NCBI RefSeq assembly: GCF_964204865.1
Contig: NC_135252.1
Location: forward strand, 3,224,001-3,288,000
DNA from: Styela clava
Lineage: Eukaryota
Direction of reading: 5' to 3'
DNA length: 64,000 bases
How positions within the stretch are numbered: the stretch's first letter is position 1; each line of letters opens with the position of its first letter. The notes beneath the pieces are model-generated. The model was not told where the DNA came from. It did no database searches and saw only the letters and a list, made by a program, of their open reading frames with translations. A program made the position numbers and the translations under genes. Below are positions 37,722-51,900 of the stretch, in pieces.

Positions 37722-38896
37722 CTACTTTCGTTTCTTTTTCTTCTTTCCCCCCTTTTTCTTCCCCTTCTTACCACCTTTCTTTTTTCCTTTCTTCTTCCCT
37801 TTACCTTGTTTTTCCTTCCAGGCGGCATATTTCTCTTTGGTTTCTTCCGAAGGACCTTTCCCAGGGACATATTCCACACGTTTTCCCACACATTTGTACT
37901 GCAAGAATGTAATAGAGTATGAATCAAATGAAATTTAGTCCGAGGCTGAACGTGTTCAACTTTGTCCTGGTATTAGGTTGTCTATCTAACTAGACTATCC
38001 AATTAAAGTCCAGCTGCACACTAACACAAATGTATTTTTGTTTCGTCCAACCACCACGTAAGACTTCCTCAGACAAGCAGTTTACTTACAACAAACAATG
38101 TCGTAATTTAATTCGAAAACTAGGATATGCGCTGTTTTCAGGCCTACCACTGTTACAGAAAGATATTTGCCATAGTTTTATTTACTAATATCACGTCTTT
38201 TGAAATGTCTTTATAGTTATGACCGCTTTGAACCGAGTTTGGGAGCCAAACAAAACTCTGAATATTTAAATTTGTAATATCGTACCTGATTACATTTCCT
38301 GCAGCATCCAGCTTCTCTCATTAATCCGGTAAATTCTCCTTTGAGACAATCATTGCAAAATCTTGTTCCACAAAATTTGCACATGAATGTCTGAAATAAC
38401 ATTGTAAAATTAGACAGTGTGGATTGAACTTTTCCCAAGTAATTAAAGGAGTGCCAATCGTCATCATATATTGTCTTTATCGACCGTGTATGTTCGCATT
38501 GCCATAATTCTGTTTGCTCGCACAATTTTACTGAAATTCGTTGCTATGCTGATACCACCACCTCAGCTCCCTACATTTTAGCACTTTACTGAGTTCCAAA
38601 TTATAATTTCATTTGTTGTTTTTGAATAATGTATAACGCAGTGACGTTTTCAGTATGGTCATCGACGTTTATATTCATTTTCATAATAATACCATTGAAC
38701 CACAGCTACCGAACTCATTAAGAATCAATCATATAAGTGCGGACAGTGAATACTCACATGTACAATCAATGAATAGCATAACATTAAATCAAAGAATTCT
38801 AACTTGATGCACTAACGATAGCCAAATGTTACGTTACTATAGTAGTCTATTAATCAATCATACCGTGTCATTGTAGACGCATCCCCATCTACACAT
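37722..38896 (-). CDS. Uncharacterised 104-aa Cys-rich (CxxC) microprotein with a Lys/Gly-rich tail
   Basis: Exons 38896-38864 (MCRWGCVYNDT), 38390-38286 (TFMCKFCGTRFCNDCLKGEFTGLMREAGCCRKCNQ) and 37898-37722 (YKCVGKRV...KKGGKKKKKRK*), all GT-AG phase 0. Minus-strand AATAAA signals near 37440 and 37455. Confidence 0.8.
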
Positions 38897-40775
38897 CTTT
38901 TGCCTTATGATCAACTATCATCCACAAGTTGAAAAACTGGCCGCTGTTGGTTTATAGTTTATGAACTGTGATTTTTGACAGGAATAGCAAATTCATAAAT
39001 TTATAAACATTCTCTATGACGTCATAAAAGTCAGAACTGTACATTTCTACCTCAATTCTGCTTCACAAATGAAATATGGCCTCGCGCCAAGCAGAGAAGT
39101 AAAGTAGCCTTTAATTGCCTTTACTTTGTAATTTAACTCAGTAAGCACAAAGAATAACCTATCATACCTAAGGGTACCTTACGCCGGTACATCATCGGCA
39201 TTGTGCTCAAAAGTATTGAATGAACCTTTTGTCTACCTTGCCATATAGATGTTACCTCCTCCTGTTTTTAAAACACATTTTACAAATGTATAGAAAGGTT
39301 AATTACATGCCCAGCGTGTTTGAAACACGTGTATGCCGAAATGAATCTACCAGTTTTCAGGGGGTAGTTGTGTCTTGTAACAATCGAAACCAAAAAATAG
39401 GAAGTCTTACAAAGACTAACATTAGCCTTTTCTTTTAGGATTATTTACGACAAAGATTACCTAATTTTGGTCATTTCTTACCTGCGTCCTTCCGTATCCA
39501 GGCAGCATAACTCATATGAAATCACGCAACATTTAAATGATTTTAATAGTATATAAAAATATATAATGATAGGTTTACGATTTTTTTGCACTAATTATTC
39601 GAAGAGCGAGGCTGCGCAGAATGATTTTATTTAACTCTGACTGATACAATTATCAATACTTTAGTGGTCTGACGACGTGAAACTATTGCCCTTCCCTAAA
39701 TTCCTATCGTATTTTCTTTTTTCTTCGAAGCGTGATGACATGAAATTTTACAACCATAATTCATATATGATTTATTTACGCTTATCTCTAGCCAATAGTC
39801 AGATGCGTATGGTTCAAAACTTTCCCTTCTCGTGATTCAAGGTAAGTTCGGTCGGAACTGTTTGCCTGACACTTGAAAATATTATACGTTTTGTTTATTT
39901 TATATCGTCGCCAGCATTGTCGGCTTTATGTGAGTGAAAGCAATTGAACACAACAATAGCTGAAGATTTGATTTGTTATAGCTGTGGTCAGCGTTATTTC
40001 ATTTATCAATGATCAATTGTATCAGAAATTGCCATTGTATCAAGTTGCCTGCCTACGCTTGAAAATGACTGCGGTGATTTTGCTTTGCGAAAGATCTGAG
40101 GAACGGCCTTAGTTAGCCCTATAGGAATAATGATATCATACTCAAAACAAAATACATAATTAAAAACATTAATTAATTCGTTAGTTACTTGCATATCGAA
40201 AGAGAGGATTTTGCTATGAACATCAATGTATGTAGGCCTACTGTATATCCAAGTTTTTAAAAACTGAATGAATGAATGAATAACATGAATAAGAATTACC
40301 TCACGTGCGCATAGCGGCAAGAATTTATATAATAATTTTGTATTCTTATCATTAGATGAGGCTGTAAGATCACTGCCTAATTTGTCTTCAATTCCTTTAC
40401 GGGTGGTTGATAAATGTTGAAAGACTCAAATTTGTATTCAAGTATTTTCTTTAAATTAACTTATTTTCAACAACATAGATTTCCAAAAGTCATTAACTTT
40501 TCGCCGCGTATATCCGACATGTCAACGGTGCTTATAAACTGCGAACACCCTTCCATGATAGATATTCTAAATACGACAACTGTTTTGTTTTTTATATATA
40601 TACACGTAAGATGGCGCGAATGTAATGTTCATAATACACACAATAGGCTACCTGCTCGCGACAGGACTATGCATATTGTATATCGACCTTGGAAATAGAC
40701 TGCCGTCGGAAAGAAGCGTTGGTTTCAATGTAGGTAAGTACTCGTAGTAGAAACTACTATCCCTGCTTGTAATGA

Positions 40776-40993
40776 GATACTCCCGTAGTGTGCGTACCAT
40801 GCAGGTTAGGGTTAGGCCATAAATTTATTCCGATTTTTCTTATTTTAGTTCTATTACGAGTTCGAGGACTGTCTGTGTTAGCCAAGTGAATATACCCCCT
40901 GCCCATAGGCTTCCGTCCCTCCACACAACTGGATGTAAAGTAGGCGAACAAAATTAGTTACCTCCATATTGGTACACACGGTTCTGGAGCGCC
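40776..40993. mobile_element. Merlin-like MITE (long subfamily)
   Basis: GATACTCCCGTAGTGTG...GGTTAGGGTTAGGCC...CTGGAGCGCC; TSD TGTAATGA/TGTAATTG. Confidence 0.8.
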
Positions 40994-41468
40994 TGTAATT
41001 GTAATGATATATTTTGTTTATTGTTAATTGTTCTTTGGACAGTTTTCTTACCAATAAAAATAACGTGAATTGACACCGAAAAATCATCTTATGGACACAG
41101 GCATTTGCTGACTGTGAAAAAGTGTTTGGCTATGTGAACCTCTGACTATAATGATGATCTTAATATACTGTATATAACTATATACAATGAAATAACACAA
41201 GAAATTTGTTAGAATATATGTTAACACTCGACCAAATTCAGTCTTAGTGTTGTTTAATTCAGAAGTCCTAGATTATGTGCTGACATCAACAAATTTTCTT
41301 CTTTTTGACACTTGCATTTACTTTCTTTTTTACAGTAAACACATAAAATAATTCAAAATATTATAATTACATTACATCTATCAAAATAATATTGCTCAAC
41401 AATAATGATATGAAGCAAATTTGTAATATTTTTCAATTGAATTATGTTAAAACGATATTTGATACATA

Positions 41469-41858
41469 CCTCGTTTCCCCGAAAATAAGACTGGGTCTTA
41501 TTTCAATTTTCTTCTAAAAATACAACACTAGGGCTTATTTTCGGGGGATGTCTTATTTTTTCATTTATTGAAAACAAAATTACAAAGTAGAGAATTACGA
41601 GATTTTCAAATCTACAAAATATGAAAATCGATATCCATCCTATAAGTAACACCTTTTTATTCAAAATAGATGCAAAACATAAATTATCAATCATTTAAGA
41701 CATGTAAGAGAGATTTCTTGCTATCGACCAGGTAAAAATAAAAAATTCCGCGTTATTGACAGGGCCTTATAATAAGGGGAAGGCTTATATTAGAATATTT
41801 TTTTAAATTCAGGCTAAGTCTCATTTTCAGTATAGATTTTATTTTCGGGGAAACACTG
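41469..41858. mobile_element. Tc1/mariner-pogo (Tc2-like) MITE
   Basis: TIRs CCTCGTTTCCCCGAAAATAAG ... TTATTTTCGGGGAAACACTG, flanked by TA on both sides; internal repeats of GGCTTATTTTCG. Confidence 0.8.
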
Positions 41859-44099
41859 TAGTGTCCGATAGTATCAAAAACCAATAGTTGGATACGACCT
41901 ACATTATGGATGAATCAGTTGATCGATGATAAAAATGTTGACCGGTATTCTTAAGGAGCGTCACTATTGATAAGGAAATCGCATTTAAAGCACAGAATTG
42001 CAGATAAAATGTTCTGAGTTAGACAGGCATTAGCTATAGAACTTTGATAAAAGGATAGAATTTCATGGCAAAATTAGAAATTAGCTCATAAGGTTTACCC
42101 GTAAAACATATCGTCCCAATCTTTTGCAGTATATTTGTTAACAAGTAGGATGTGTTGTTTCACGACAAACGTACGTACCGTAAATATTTTGGGGTCATGA
42201 ACTAGTGAGTTCGGATGGAAGTCTCGATTAGTGTAATCTCATAATCTGTAGTCTAACTTGATAGGATTCTGGTCATTCCAAACCTTAGTAGATTACCTCC
42301 AATGAGGAAATACTGCATGTGGATGGAGTGCTTCATGAGATGCGATGATGCTAGAAAACTCGTAAGAAATGGAACGTGTATACTAATTTTGTATTTTTAA
42401 TCAAAAGCAATCGATGGTTTTTGATGGCAAAAATTTCACACCACAAGACGCAAAACGGAAACACCAGCCACAATGCCTACGCAAATAAACAAAAAACTGA
42501 TGAGAGTCAACCAGAATAATCACTCAATTTGAAGACAGTTGAGATTGCCAGCCTTATAAATACATATCTAAATTTTATTATTTATATTTAATCAGGTTTA
42601 ATCCCTCTACTTTGTGATGCATTATGTACTCATTCCTAGGTGGTTGCGAATTATGGATAATTAATATGAATAATCAAATATATATATTTCTGATCTAGAG
42701 GACTATGAAATGATAGAAGATGTCATCTGGTTTTCCACATTTCTTTAATATAAACATGTGGTATCAATTATTTAAGCATGAATAACATCATAGTCTACAT
42801 TGCGTTGGCCACCAAAAATATTAATTATATTGTCGTAAAATTGAATAAATTATAGATTGCTCGCTTATTGGTATACCCGTTAAAACAAAAATTGCGAGCA
42901 TCCTTGAATTGAGTTGGTAATCACCCTCAGAAACTTTTATAAAACTTAACATTTATTCATAGAAGACTCTACCAGTAATCGGAATTATTTTGTAGTGGAC
43001 TATAATATTGGATTAATAAAATGAAAAACAAAGCATGAATTAGTAGGCTACATTGGACAGCGCTGTGAACTTGATACAACGGTCTTGATAGCACCCACGG
43101 AACAAATTGTTAGGGAATATCATTTTCGTTTAGCAAGTTTTTATAGCTTCAATAACGCTTTGTGATACAAGTAGTATGGGTTTAGATTGCTATAATATAA
43201 GTATATTTTCACTCTGTGATGCTGAACCATAGGCTGAACCCCTTTTATTTTATATTATAAACATCTAATCTGGAAAGATTTTTAACATCGCCCAAATGGA
43301 TGATTACTTGTGTTTGAAAGTGTTTTATTAGGTCATCGGGTGAGTACAAGCAATATGTATATATATATATAAATTGATACTTGGTCATAAGTGAGATATT
43401 CCGAAAACGCATATAACGGAGGCATCAATTAATAAAAAACAGAAATGATTAAAAATTAGTCCTAAAATGAGTGAATTCGACTCCAATCCGAGTCCAAGGC
43501 ATTGCGAGGAATTTATGACGTTGCAATAATCAGACGTGAAGTTCTTGCGCAATCTGATTTGAAATTAAAATTTTGATGTATGACTGTAAATTACGACGAG
43601 GGAATTTTGTGTAATTGCCATTTGGCTTAGGCCCCGAATAATTTGCTTAGCGAAGTAATATTTTTGGATTAGAGTGTAATATTCACGTAATGACATTAAA
43701 AGTTACCGCATGTGCCCCTAAAGGCGTATGACTGGAACTAATGCATGTTCAATCCAATAATGTCTGTTCAGTGGTGAGGAGGCGTGTACATGGTTTTATA
43801 AATCCGTACTTGGCCGATCAATCTCCAAAAAGATAAATTATATTAAAAATGTTTTTGACAGAGAAAAAAATAGTTCCCAATGTACATTTCAATTTTGCAT
43901 TTTATCATAGATGAAATTTTCGTGTATTTTTGTATAAGATCTTACAATTTATTCTGTCTGTGCTCTATACTTATTATTTAAAATTCAAATAAGTCTCCGG
44001 TAAGGAGATTAACTAGCTAGAAGTATGCTGCGGTAGTATTGGCTTTTGATAGTATTCCATAAATTCCCTTCCTCTCCAGCAAATAAAACGAAGACGGAT

Positions 44100-44218
44100 T
44101 ATTAGACACAAAGTGGACCTATGGAAAAAAATCGCTTTTCTCCTCAACTACTGACCAATTGCTTTGAACTTTTCAGTAGTTAAAGATTGTGTTTTTCGCT
44201 AGAACGCCATTACTTTTA
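44100..44218 (+). mobile_element. HINE family 1 5' fragment
   Basis: AAAAATCGCTTTTCTC...ACCAATTGCTTTGAA..TTTCAGT.GTTAAAGAT, shared with 30649-31738. Confidence 0.6.
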
Positions 44219-45921
44219 CAACTGGTAAATTCATTGTCGGATTATCTTCCACCAAGGCTTTAGCGTTTCTTGATTGTCTGACTACTATGAGGACTGCAAC
44301 ATATATATACCAAAAATCAAAGTTTGCGTTTCATAAATGTCTAAAGGTAAAATACAAAAAATTTCCAAAATACAATTTCCTTTCTTATTGTGATAAAATA
44401 CTTCGTCTGCGACAGCAATATACTAGACTTTACAGTCCTTGGTTCTAAAAAAAATTCGATGAAATTGCCAAGCTTGGTAGCACAAAAAACTTGAATATTG
44501 TGAGATTTATCCGGTTTAAGCACATCTGTTGCAAAACCGTTTGATCAAAATTATTTTTATTGTTTTTCTGCGAGTTGACATTGTCCATTTGGGCTCAAAA
44601 ATACGATAGTAATCAGATTTAGTTGTGAATTTTTACCGGTTTAATTTTTGCCAATTTCGACGTTTGAAAGCAAAATTGAAACGTGATTGAAAACATAACG
44701 ACAATTATTATATATAATTTTATTTTCTAAAACTAAAAGTACTTGAAAACAAACAAAAATAGATTTTAAAAACAAAATAACGAAAGTATTACAAGGTTGA
44801 ATTTTGAAATATTAAGAATTTAAAATAAAAATAAATTTAAAAGATCATGGGTCGAAAAATACTCTGAGCGAAATATTTCGCTTTCTGGTGGACGGGATAT
44901 GCATTTTCAATTCTGAACTGAAGTCACGTGAATGGAATTGTAAGGAAATATAAATATTTCTAGGTAGTTGCATACTGCGAAATTATAATTCAATTTATAT
45001 TAACAGAAAAAAGGAGTACTTCGGTACTTCGGGAGTACCAGAAAAAATGTTATCACTCCAGCACAGAAAGCTCAACTGTTCACAGAAATAAAGGAGGCGA
45101 GAAATGGTATCTACATTTATGAAAAAACAAAAAATTAGTTCCACAAACTTACGCAATAAAAGTCAGATAAGAGTCAGGTGCGCGTTGTTACCATTGATGC
45201 TAAACAAGTTCGAATTTGATTTTTTTAAAATATACCATATTCTTTGCAAATTTTGAGACAGAGAGAAATCTCTGCGGAATTAGACCTTGGTGTTATTCGA
45301 TAAATCCTTACTCGATAAATGAAATCGTTTAATTTGGCTAACCGCAGTGAATCGTAATGGGATAAAACGTTTTTTCAACCATTGTTTGCATGCCATAATG
45401 CAAAATCGATATGACTAGATGAGTCGCTCAAACATGGAATATGGAAGAAACTGATTGCATGTCATGATTTTGTATGATGAAATGGAAAAGTGAATGATGT
45501 CGTCAGAGAGAATTGATTTTTAGCTTATAGCTTCAATTAATTGACGTGATTTTTAAAACCAATACCAGTGATGTGTTTTGGTATTCGCTATTGAAGCTTG
45601 TTTTTATGTGAGAAAAACATCCACAATAATGTCCACTTTGAGTAGGATTGAAAAACTCTGTAATGTAAAAGTATTAGCCAGTGTCCTCAAACGTGTATAA
45701 TTACACAGAATTTTGTTCATTTCAGTTTATGCAGTCTATAAATAAGCGAAGATAATTTGATTTATGGTGGATTATGATGCTTTGAATCCAGGGCAAATGG
45801 CAGACGCGTAGCACAATTAAACGAACGAAAAAAAAATTGATTTTACACGTAGTAAAGCAGTTTTGGTTTATTCACTGAAAGCAATTCTTGATTGCTAGAA
45901 AAGATAGCAGAAAAATATTAA

Positions 45922-48900
45922 ATGGTGACCAGCACTGTATTTATCATGACTTGGAGATATTTGATGATTTTTCTACTTTCTTCATCTCTAATATCTGCTC
46001 AAGAAGGAAGCGGTTGGGAAGGTATGCATGTATATTAAAAATACTATTACATTCAGATATCAAGAAATTGTTTTTAAGAACGTTTATACGCTAACACTAT
46101 CAGCAAAAAATTGCTGGCATATTGGTTAGTTTGGTTCTAAACATGTTGACATAGTTTTACAATATACTGCGATGCGGGGGGAGGTATTTTTGTACATGTA
46201 TGTTCAGGTTTGATAAGAAAGCCGCCCGTATTATTGCAACAATGGAGTAAAAACGTCTGGGACATAAACACGTTGGTGTATGTAGCGAAACGTAATTTTT
46301 TTGTTAAAATTCCACTATGATTTTTATCAATGATTTTTGTTTCACCAAGGTAGCGGTAAAGTTTCAGAAATAAACGAAGAAATTATGATAAAAAGGACGG
46401 AGCGTGCATATTTGCTACATCACTTTCAAGAATGGTAAGACATTCTTAAATTTTTGTCCATAAGTAAGTCCATAAAATAAACATATTTTGGTAATCAAAG
46501 ACCCTTTCTCTCTTTGACTAAAACGTCGCATTTTTCAGCGTCAGATACTAATCCATGTGCCACATTTAAATTCGGAAAGTATTTGTCTCAACCCGGACTA
46601 TTTACCAGGGTGAAGAGCCATTACATAACCGACTTTCTTCTTTATTTTGCTTATAACGTATCAATAGCCGTGTCATGAAATTTACAATCAACAACTGTCA
46701 GGCAGGAATGCAGGATCATCAAATATTAAGGTTTAGCAAATGCATCTTGATGCATCTTATCACCAGTGCAAATGCAAGTTATCTATGAACTAAATATTGG
46801 CAACAAATAACAACTAATGGCAATAAATGACCAGAAAATAATATTAAAAATCAATGGTTTAATACTGGTTAGTTATTTTTGGTTGCTTCAATTGGCAAAA
46901 ATCGTGGTATCTACATGTAAAATAACTGAAAATTTGTTATGTTTAAAATGATTCAACTTAAAAACAAAAGGTATATCGAATCACGAAAGATCACTTCGAG
47001 TTCTCAGAACCTCGACTTGAAATCTCTGACGCCAGCGGTTTATGAGATAATATTTTTTGTTGGTTTTGCAGGAAATCAAACAAACCGGAGTTGTCCTGGA
47101 ATCCCATCAATATTCGTGGAAATTCAACTCAAATTTTGAAAGATATGCTAAAGATTGTATGTATCAAGTAGAAACACTCATTAAGCCAATATAGCAGTAT
47201 TTTAGTCCAATTCATTTTTTTCAAATCCGAAGATACGCAGTCCGACTCAAAATGAGAAACTGCAACTTTTTAATAAACGAATACCCGTGAGGACCCCTCA
47301 AAATTCTAAAATAGCGACAACAACAAAGAAGTCGGATTCGTGTTGATTAACTATTCAGAGTCGGGAGCAAATCTCGAGCACCGAGGTTGAATTAAAACTT
47401 TTTGAATATCTTGAATTTCCAACTTCGAGAGTACAAGTCAGATTTACGCGCATCTAAAACTTGACAGTTAAAGTCGAGTTTTTCAACTAAAACTAAAAAG
47501 TCATTCATTTTTACCCAACACGCAGCCAGAGTAGGGGCGAAAGTATTGTTAACTCGGGGAAGGGACCACGGTCAGAATATTGGATATAGCTCGGTCTCAC
47601 ACGGAACTTTATTCAAACCCACAGTCTTGTGTAGTATTATAAATACTAAAATTGTTGTGTAGACTTATTACTTATCGATCTTAAGATCGGTAAGTATGTT
47701 GATAGGCATTTGTATGTCTGTCTGTATGTCTGTTTGTTTGTCTGTTAGATGAACGCGATATCTCACGAAGGCGAGGTTGGATCTGCTCCAAATTTTGCAT
47801 GTGCATTCATCATATCTCGGATTAGGAGACTATTGATTTTGGATGATTCATGTCGTATAATTAGCTTTTAATTAATTAGTGATGGGACACGCGATGTCGC
47901 TACTGAGTCAGAGCGAAGGATGCACGCCGCTATATCGATAAGTCGGCGGTCTCTGGTTGCTATCTCGTTTCCCATCTTGCTGTTTGACTGTAAAAATTGC
48001 CCTCGGGAATAGAAATAGGACCACCGTGCAAATTCTGTTGGCATGCGCTCGGGGGACTGGGAGAGGATTTTTGGGAAATATAGGAGTTGACATTAGGCAG
48101 GCTTAAATCAGACATTTAGTGACAGACACAATGCGATTTTAAAAATCCCAAGGGGAAAGAAAACATTTCTCCGGTTTATATTAGATAAACATCTCAACAT
48201 GTTTCCAATATTCATAAGCCAAATATCGAGTATACGGCCTTGGATCATTGGGCCTCCATTGCGCGATTCATTCATGTCCATGCCTGATCCGGTAAATACA
48301 GCTTACAGTTTCCGAACTAAATCGATTTTTCTGAGTGGCGTTTCATGCTTTGATGTCTAAAATAGTGCGTACATGTATGCAGAAATGCGCTTCCAGTAAC
48401 AGATCCGAAATTTTCCTGGTAGATCATGTAAATCTATACGGATAAAAAAATGTCATTCAATTTGGCACGGCGAAATTCATAAGTTGCACGGCACCTAACC
48501 GGTTTTAATTTTTTGTGGAAGCAGGGCGTGATTGCGTTACCCATCGTGAATAGGCACCCCAGATGCCCAATGAACTATTTACTGGCAATGAATTTACCAT
48601 TTAATTGAATCTATCATTAACTTATCAGTTCTCTCCCCTGGGAGATTACGCACGAAACTTGTGAAAATGATTGGGCATCGAGGAGGCTTGGGGCACTATG
48701 AGATTCGTCCGGTCCCGAAGTTTTCTTTTGTGACAGCGTTAAGCCATATAATATGAACTAGACTCCTTCAACAGTTTAAGAATGAGAGAAAATTTTACAA
48801 TTCGGACAATGAAAAATGTGCTTTACTAGCAGATAGATCTACAAATAGAATTACCGAAAGACACCATACCGTGTGTGTCACTGATAATATCTTTCATTTA

Positions 48901-51900
48901 TCTCGCATTGTTTATCATTAGTATAATATACAAATTGAATTGCCGCAGTATCTATATCGCCGTCTATCATATATGTACCTAGGACAACCAGATGACGAGA
49001 CGACAAGAATGAGACAGCCATCTATGTTTTACTTACTAGTCTGGTACATTATGTGATACATATTAGGCTTGCACGTAATTTACGGATTTACGGAATTACG
49101 TAATTATTTGGAGTTACGGAAGGGAAGTTACGAATTACGTAAAGTCGTAATTATTGCATTGAAACGAGCTTTCTTCAAAGCAGTCAATTTCGTCGATTGC
49201 GACAATGAAAGCTCAACAAGTAGAAGAAGTTAGAGTTCCGGTATTCGCAGCCGTTTTTCTCTCTCTTGTTACGTAGGTGAAGGAAGGCATGACGCGTTGC
49301 CATTTACTAACCTATTATCAACTTATCTGGCGTGGCCAATGTAAATTATTAACGTAGTTAATGGGGCAAGAACTGAGTAGGGCCGTTTGACGCCAACACA
49401 CTTGGTTTTAACTTCTCCCGCAACTTAACCGTAGATAAGGGATAGAATTGCGTTGAGACCGATTGACGCCAACACACCTGGTTTCAACTTCTCTCGCATC
49501 TTATCTAGCATGGCCATAACCAATGTACATATAACCGTAGATAGGGGGAAGAATTGTGTTAAGACAGATGGACGCTAACACGCCCGGTTTCAACTTCTTC
49601 GGGTGAAATGACTAATGAACGCAGGAGATCAATCTATCAAACATGGTCTATCAAACATTTGTATCCATTTTACTTTTATTTATTATTTACTTGTTCCAGT
49701 TTTCCGTTACTTATGGTATATATGTTCCGTTTCTATTTTATTCTATTTCATAGTCACGCGTTTGAATAGTGGGAATTCCCCACCAAGTGTGGATTAGCAA
49801 TGCTTAACCATTCTTTATTGTTAATATCAACACTTGATATATGAACATGGAATATCATATTATTTTTGGCTGTTTCATTTCAGACTTGGGGTATAAACAG
49901 GAAAATATCCATAACCTTTCAACACGACTATCTTGTGAAATTTAACGAAGAGCTTTCGCGACGAATTGGAACCAAATAAGCGAAAAGAGCGATTGATCAC
50001 TCGCGCCAATACCTCGCCATGATAATTAATGTCGCGCTTATCAAATAGCAATATGACGACAAAAGAGAGATTGCGTAATGAACCAAAACGACGGATTCCT
50101 CGCGGACCGTTGAAAATTTAACTGCTATCATATATAAATAAATATGAGCCTGTGTGTTTATTCTGTGCTAGATCCATTTTCTATTACAAAATCTTGATGT
50201 TCTGTTAACGGTTTTATCGTTATATATCAGTCCGGACTTGGCCTTGCTCATGATGTTTTTCACAATTCCTCTCAATATTTCGGCCATATATGATTAACTG
50301 TCTTACCAAATGCGGCAACTTATTTTGATTTATCGTCGACTTGAATACCACCGGCACTCGACCAAACTTTTGTCAATCTTGGCCGATAGGATCGCCGACT
50401 TGAGTTAGCAAATAAATGTTGTGAGTGTAAAATAAATGTCACAAAATGCATTGTTTTGCGATATAACTTTGTATTTTCGGAGAAGGCATGTCATATAAGT
50501 TCGGTATTTAAATTATACGCAAATAAATAATATTTGATCTAAATTTATCGCAAATAATGTTATAAACATTCAGTCCGCGAAATGATTGAATGTAAAATGA
50601 AGCATGGTAATAGGAATATCGTCAATAAGTCGACATCAATAATTATTATTATAAAAATGCTAACAAGGCAGTAATGTCGGATAATGCAGAAAACGCTGCA
50701 AAAACAAGTCTTCGTCGCGAGGAAATCGTTGTTGGTTAATAAATTAGAAACCCGTAATTTTTATTCAGTACTCAGGTGGTTTTAAAAAACTATCGTTTCC
50801 ATAAATATCCGTATACCAGTGTCGGTAATGATAAAATAAAATTGATCGCATAAAAATGGGACGGTTAATTTGCGAAGGTGATAAAGAAAAACCAAAGCTA
50901 ACACAAAAGATAAAAATCAGAATAAAATTAATTTGAATTCACTCCTTGATAGTTGTCTTTAACATCTGCCGCCGGCGTGTAGTACTGCCAAGAATAGGAA
51001 AACCCAACTTCAATGTCCCATTCGGAAAAAAAGTGGATTCAATTGGTTGTTACGATAGGTTTAAATGCGTGGAAAAATATCGCAATTACGGGGTCATTAC
51101 GTAATTGATTTTGCCGTAATTACGGAATTGATTTTTGTCAATTACGTGCAAGCCTAATACATATATATATATATATTACGTTTCAGATGTATCAAGAATT
51201 TTCTTCCGAGTTCAGAATGTGCTATAAATGTGTTGGAATCATAACAAAATCTGGCCATGAGTATGGTTGTACGGAAGATGTTGATACTTATGATTTTGAT
51301 GAACCAGGGAAGAATAAGATAATTGTTCCGTGTAAAGGTCCGTGTATGGTGAGTCACATACCATTTATCCTGATAATAGACAAATGGTGATGAAAAATAG
51401 TAACCGAATAGAATTATCACAAAACAATGTTGATTATTAATTTTCAAAAGCATTCAGCATCGTTTATATGGCATTCGTATACTTCAATATTTTGACATGG
51501 GAGCAAAATTCAAGAAGAATTGATAGTTTGGAATTTTGGTATTATATAAACTAAATTTAATTTGAGAAAAAAGCAATTGGTAGCGTTGTTAATAATTGTT
51601 TGTTGATTATTATATTAATTGTTTATTCGAAACAATATTGCAGGTATCCCGAAGAATAACCGACGGTGACGTAACTATAGTGCGTAGTTGCCACTCTACA
51701 CAATGTATTGGAAGTGAAGATTGTTTTCAAGAGTGAGTAAAGCTGTATTATTCAGCAATGATATTACATTCTCACTCATTTATGCCCTAACCATGGATGT
51801 GGAGAGATTTACAATAAATTCTGCGGTTAAGATGATTGCTTGACAGACTTCGGGTTGTGAAAAAATCTTCGTCTGCAGCAGCTCCACATCACACTTTGAT

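Noticed and set aside
37431-37938. Cluster of overlapping ORFs on both strands (Phe/Pro-rich, RK-rich)
   Set aside because: Shadow frames of the low-complexity Lys-rich exon and its 3' UTR.
41900-45800. Long intergenic stretch searched for hidden genes or ncRNA
   Set aside because: I found only repeat fragments and short random ORFs; no phase-consistent exon chain or structured RNA that I can support.
49340-49600. CRISPR-like repeat array (GACGCCAACACAC...TTTCAACTTCT three times)
   Set aside because: The intervening sequences are themselves homologous, the context is eukaryotic with no cas genes, and the array lies inside a hAT element. It is a minisatellite.
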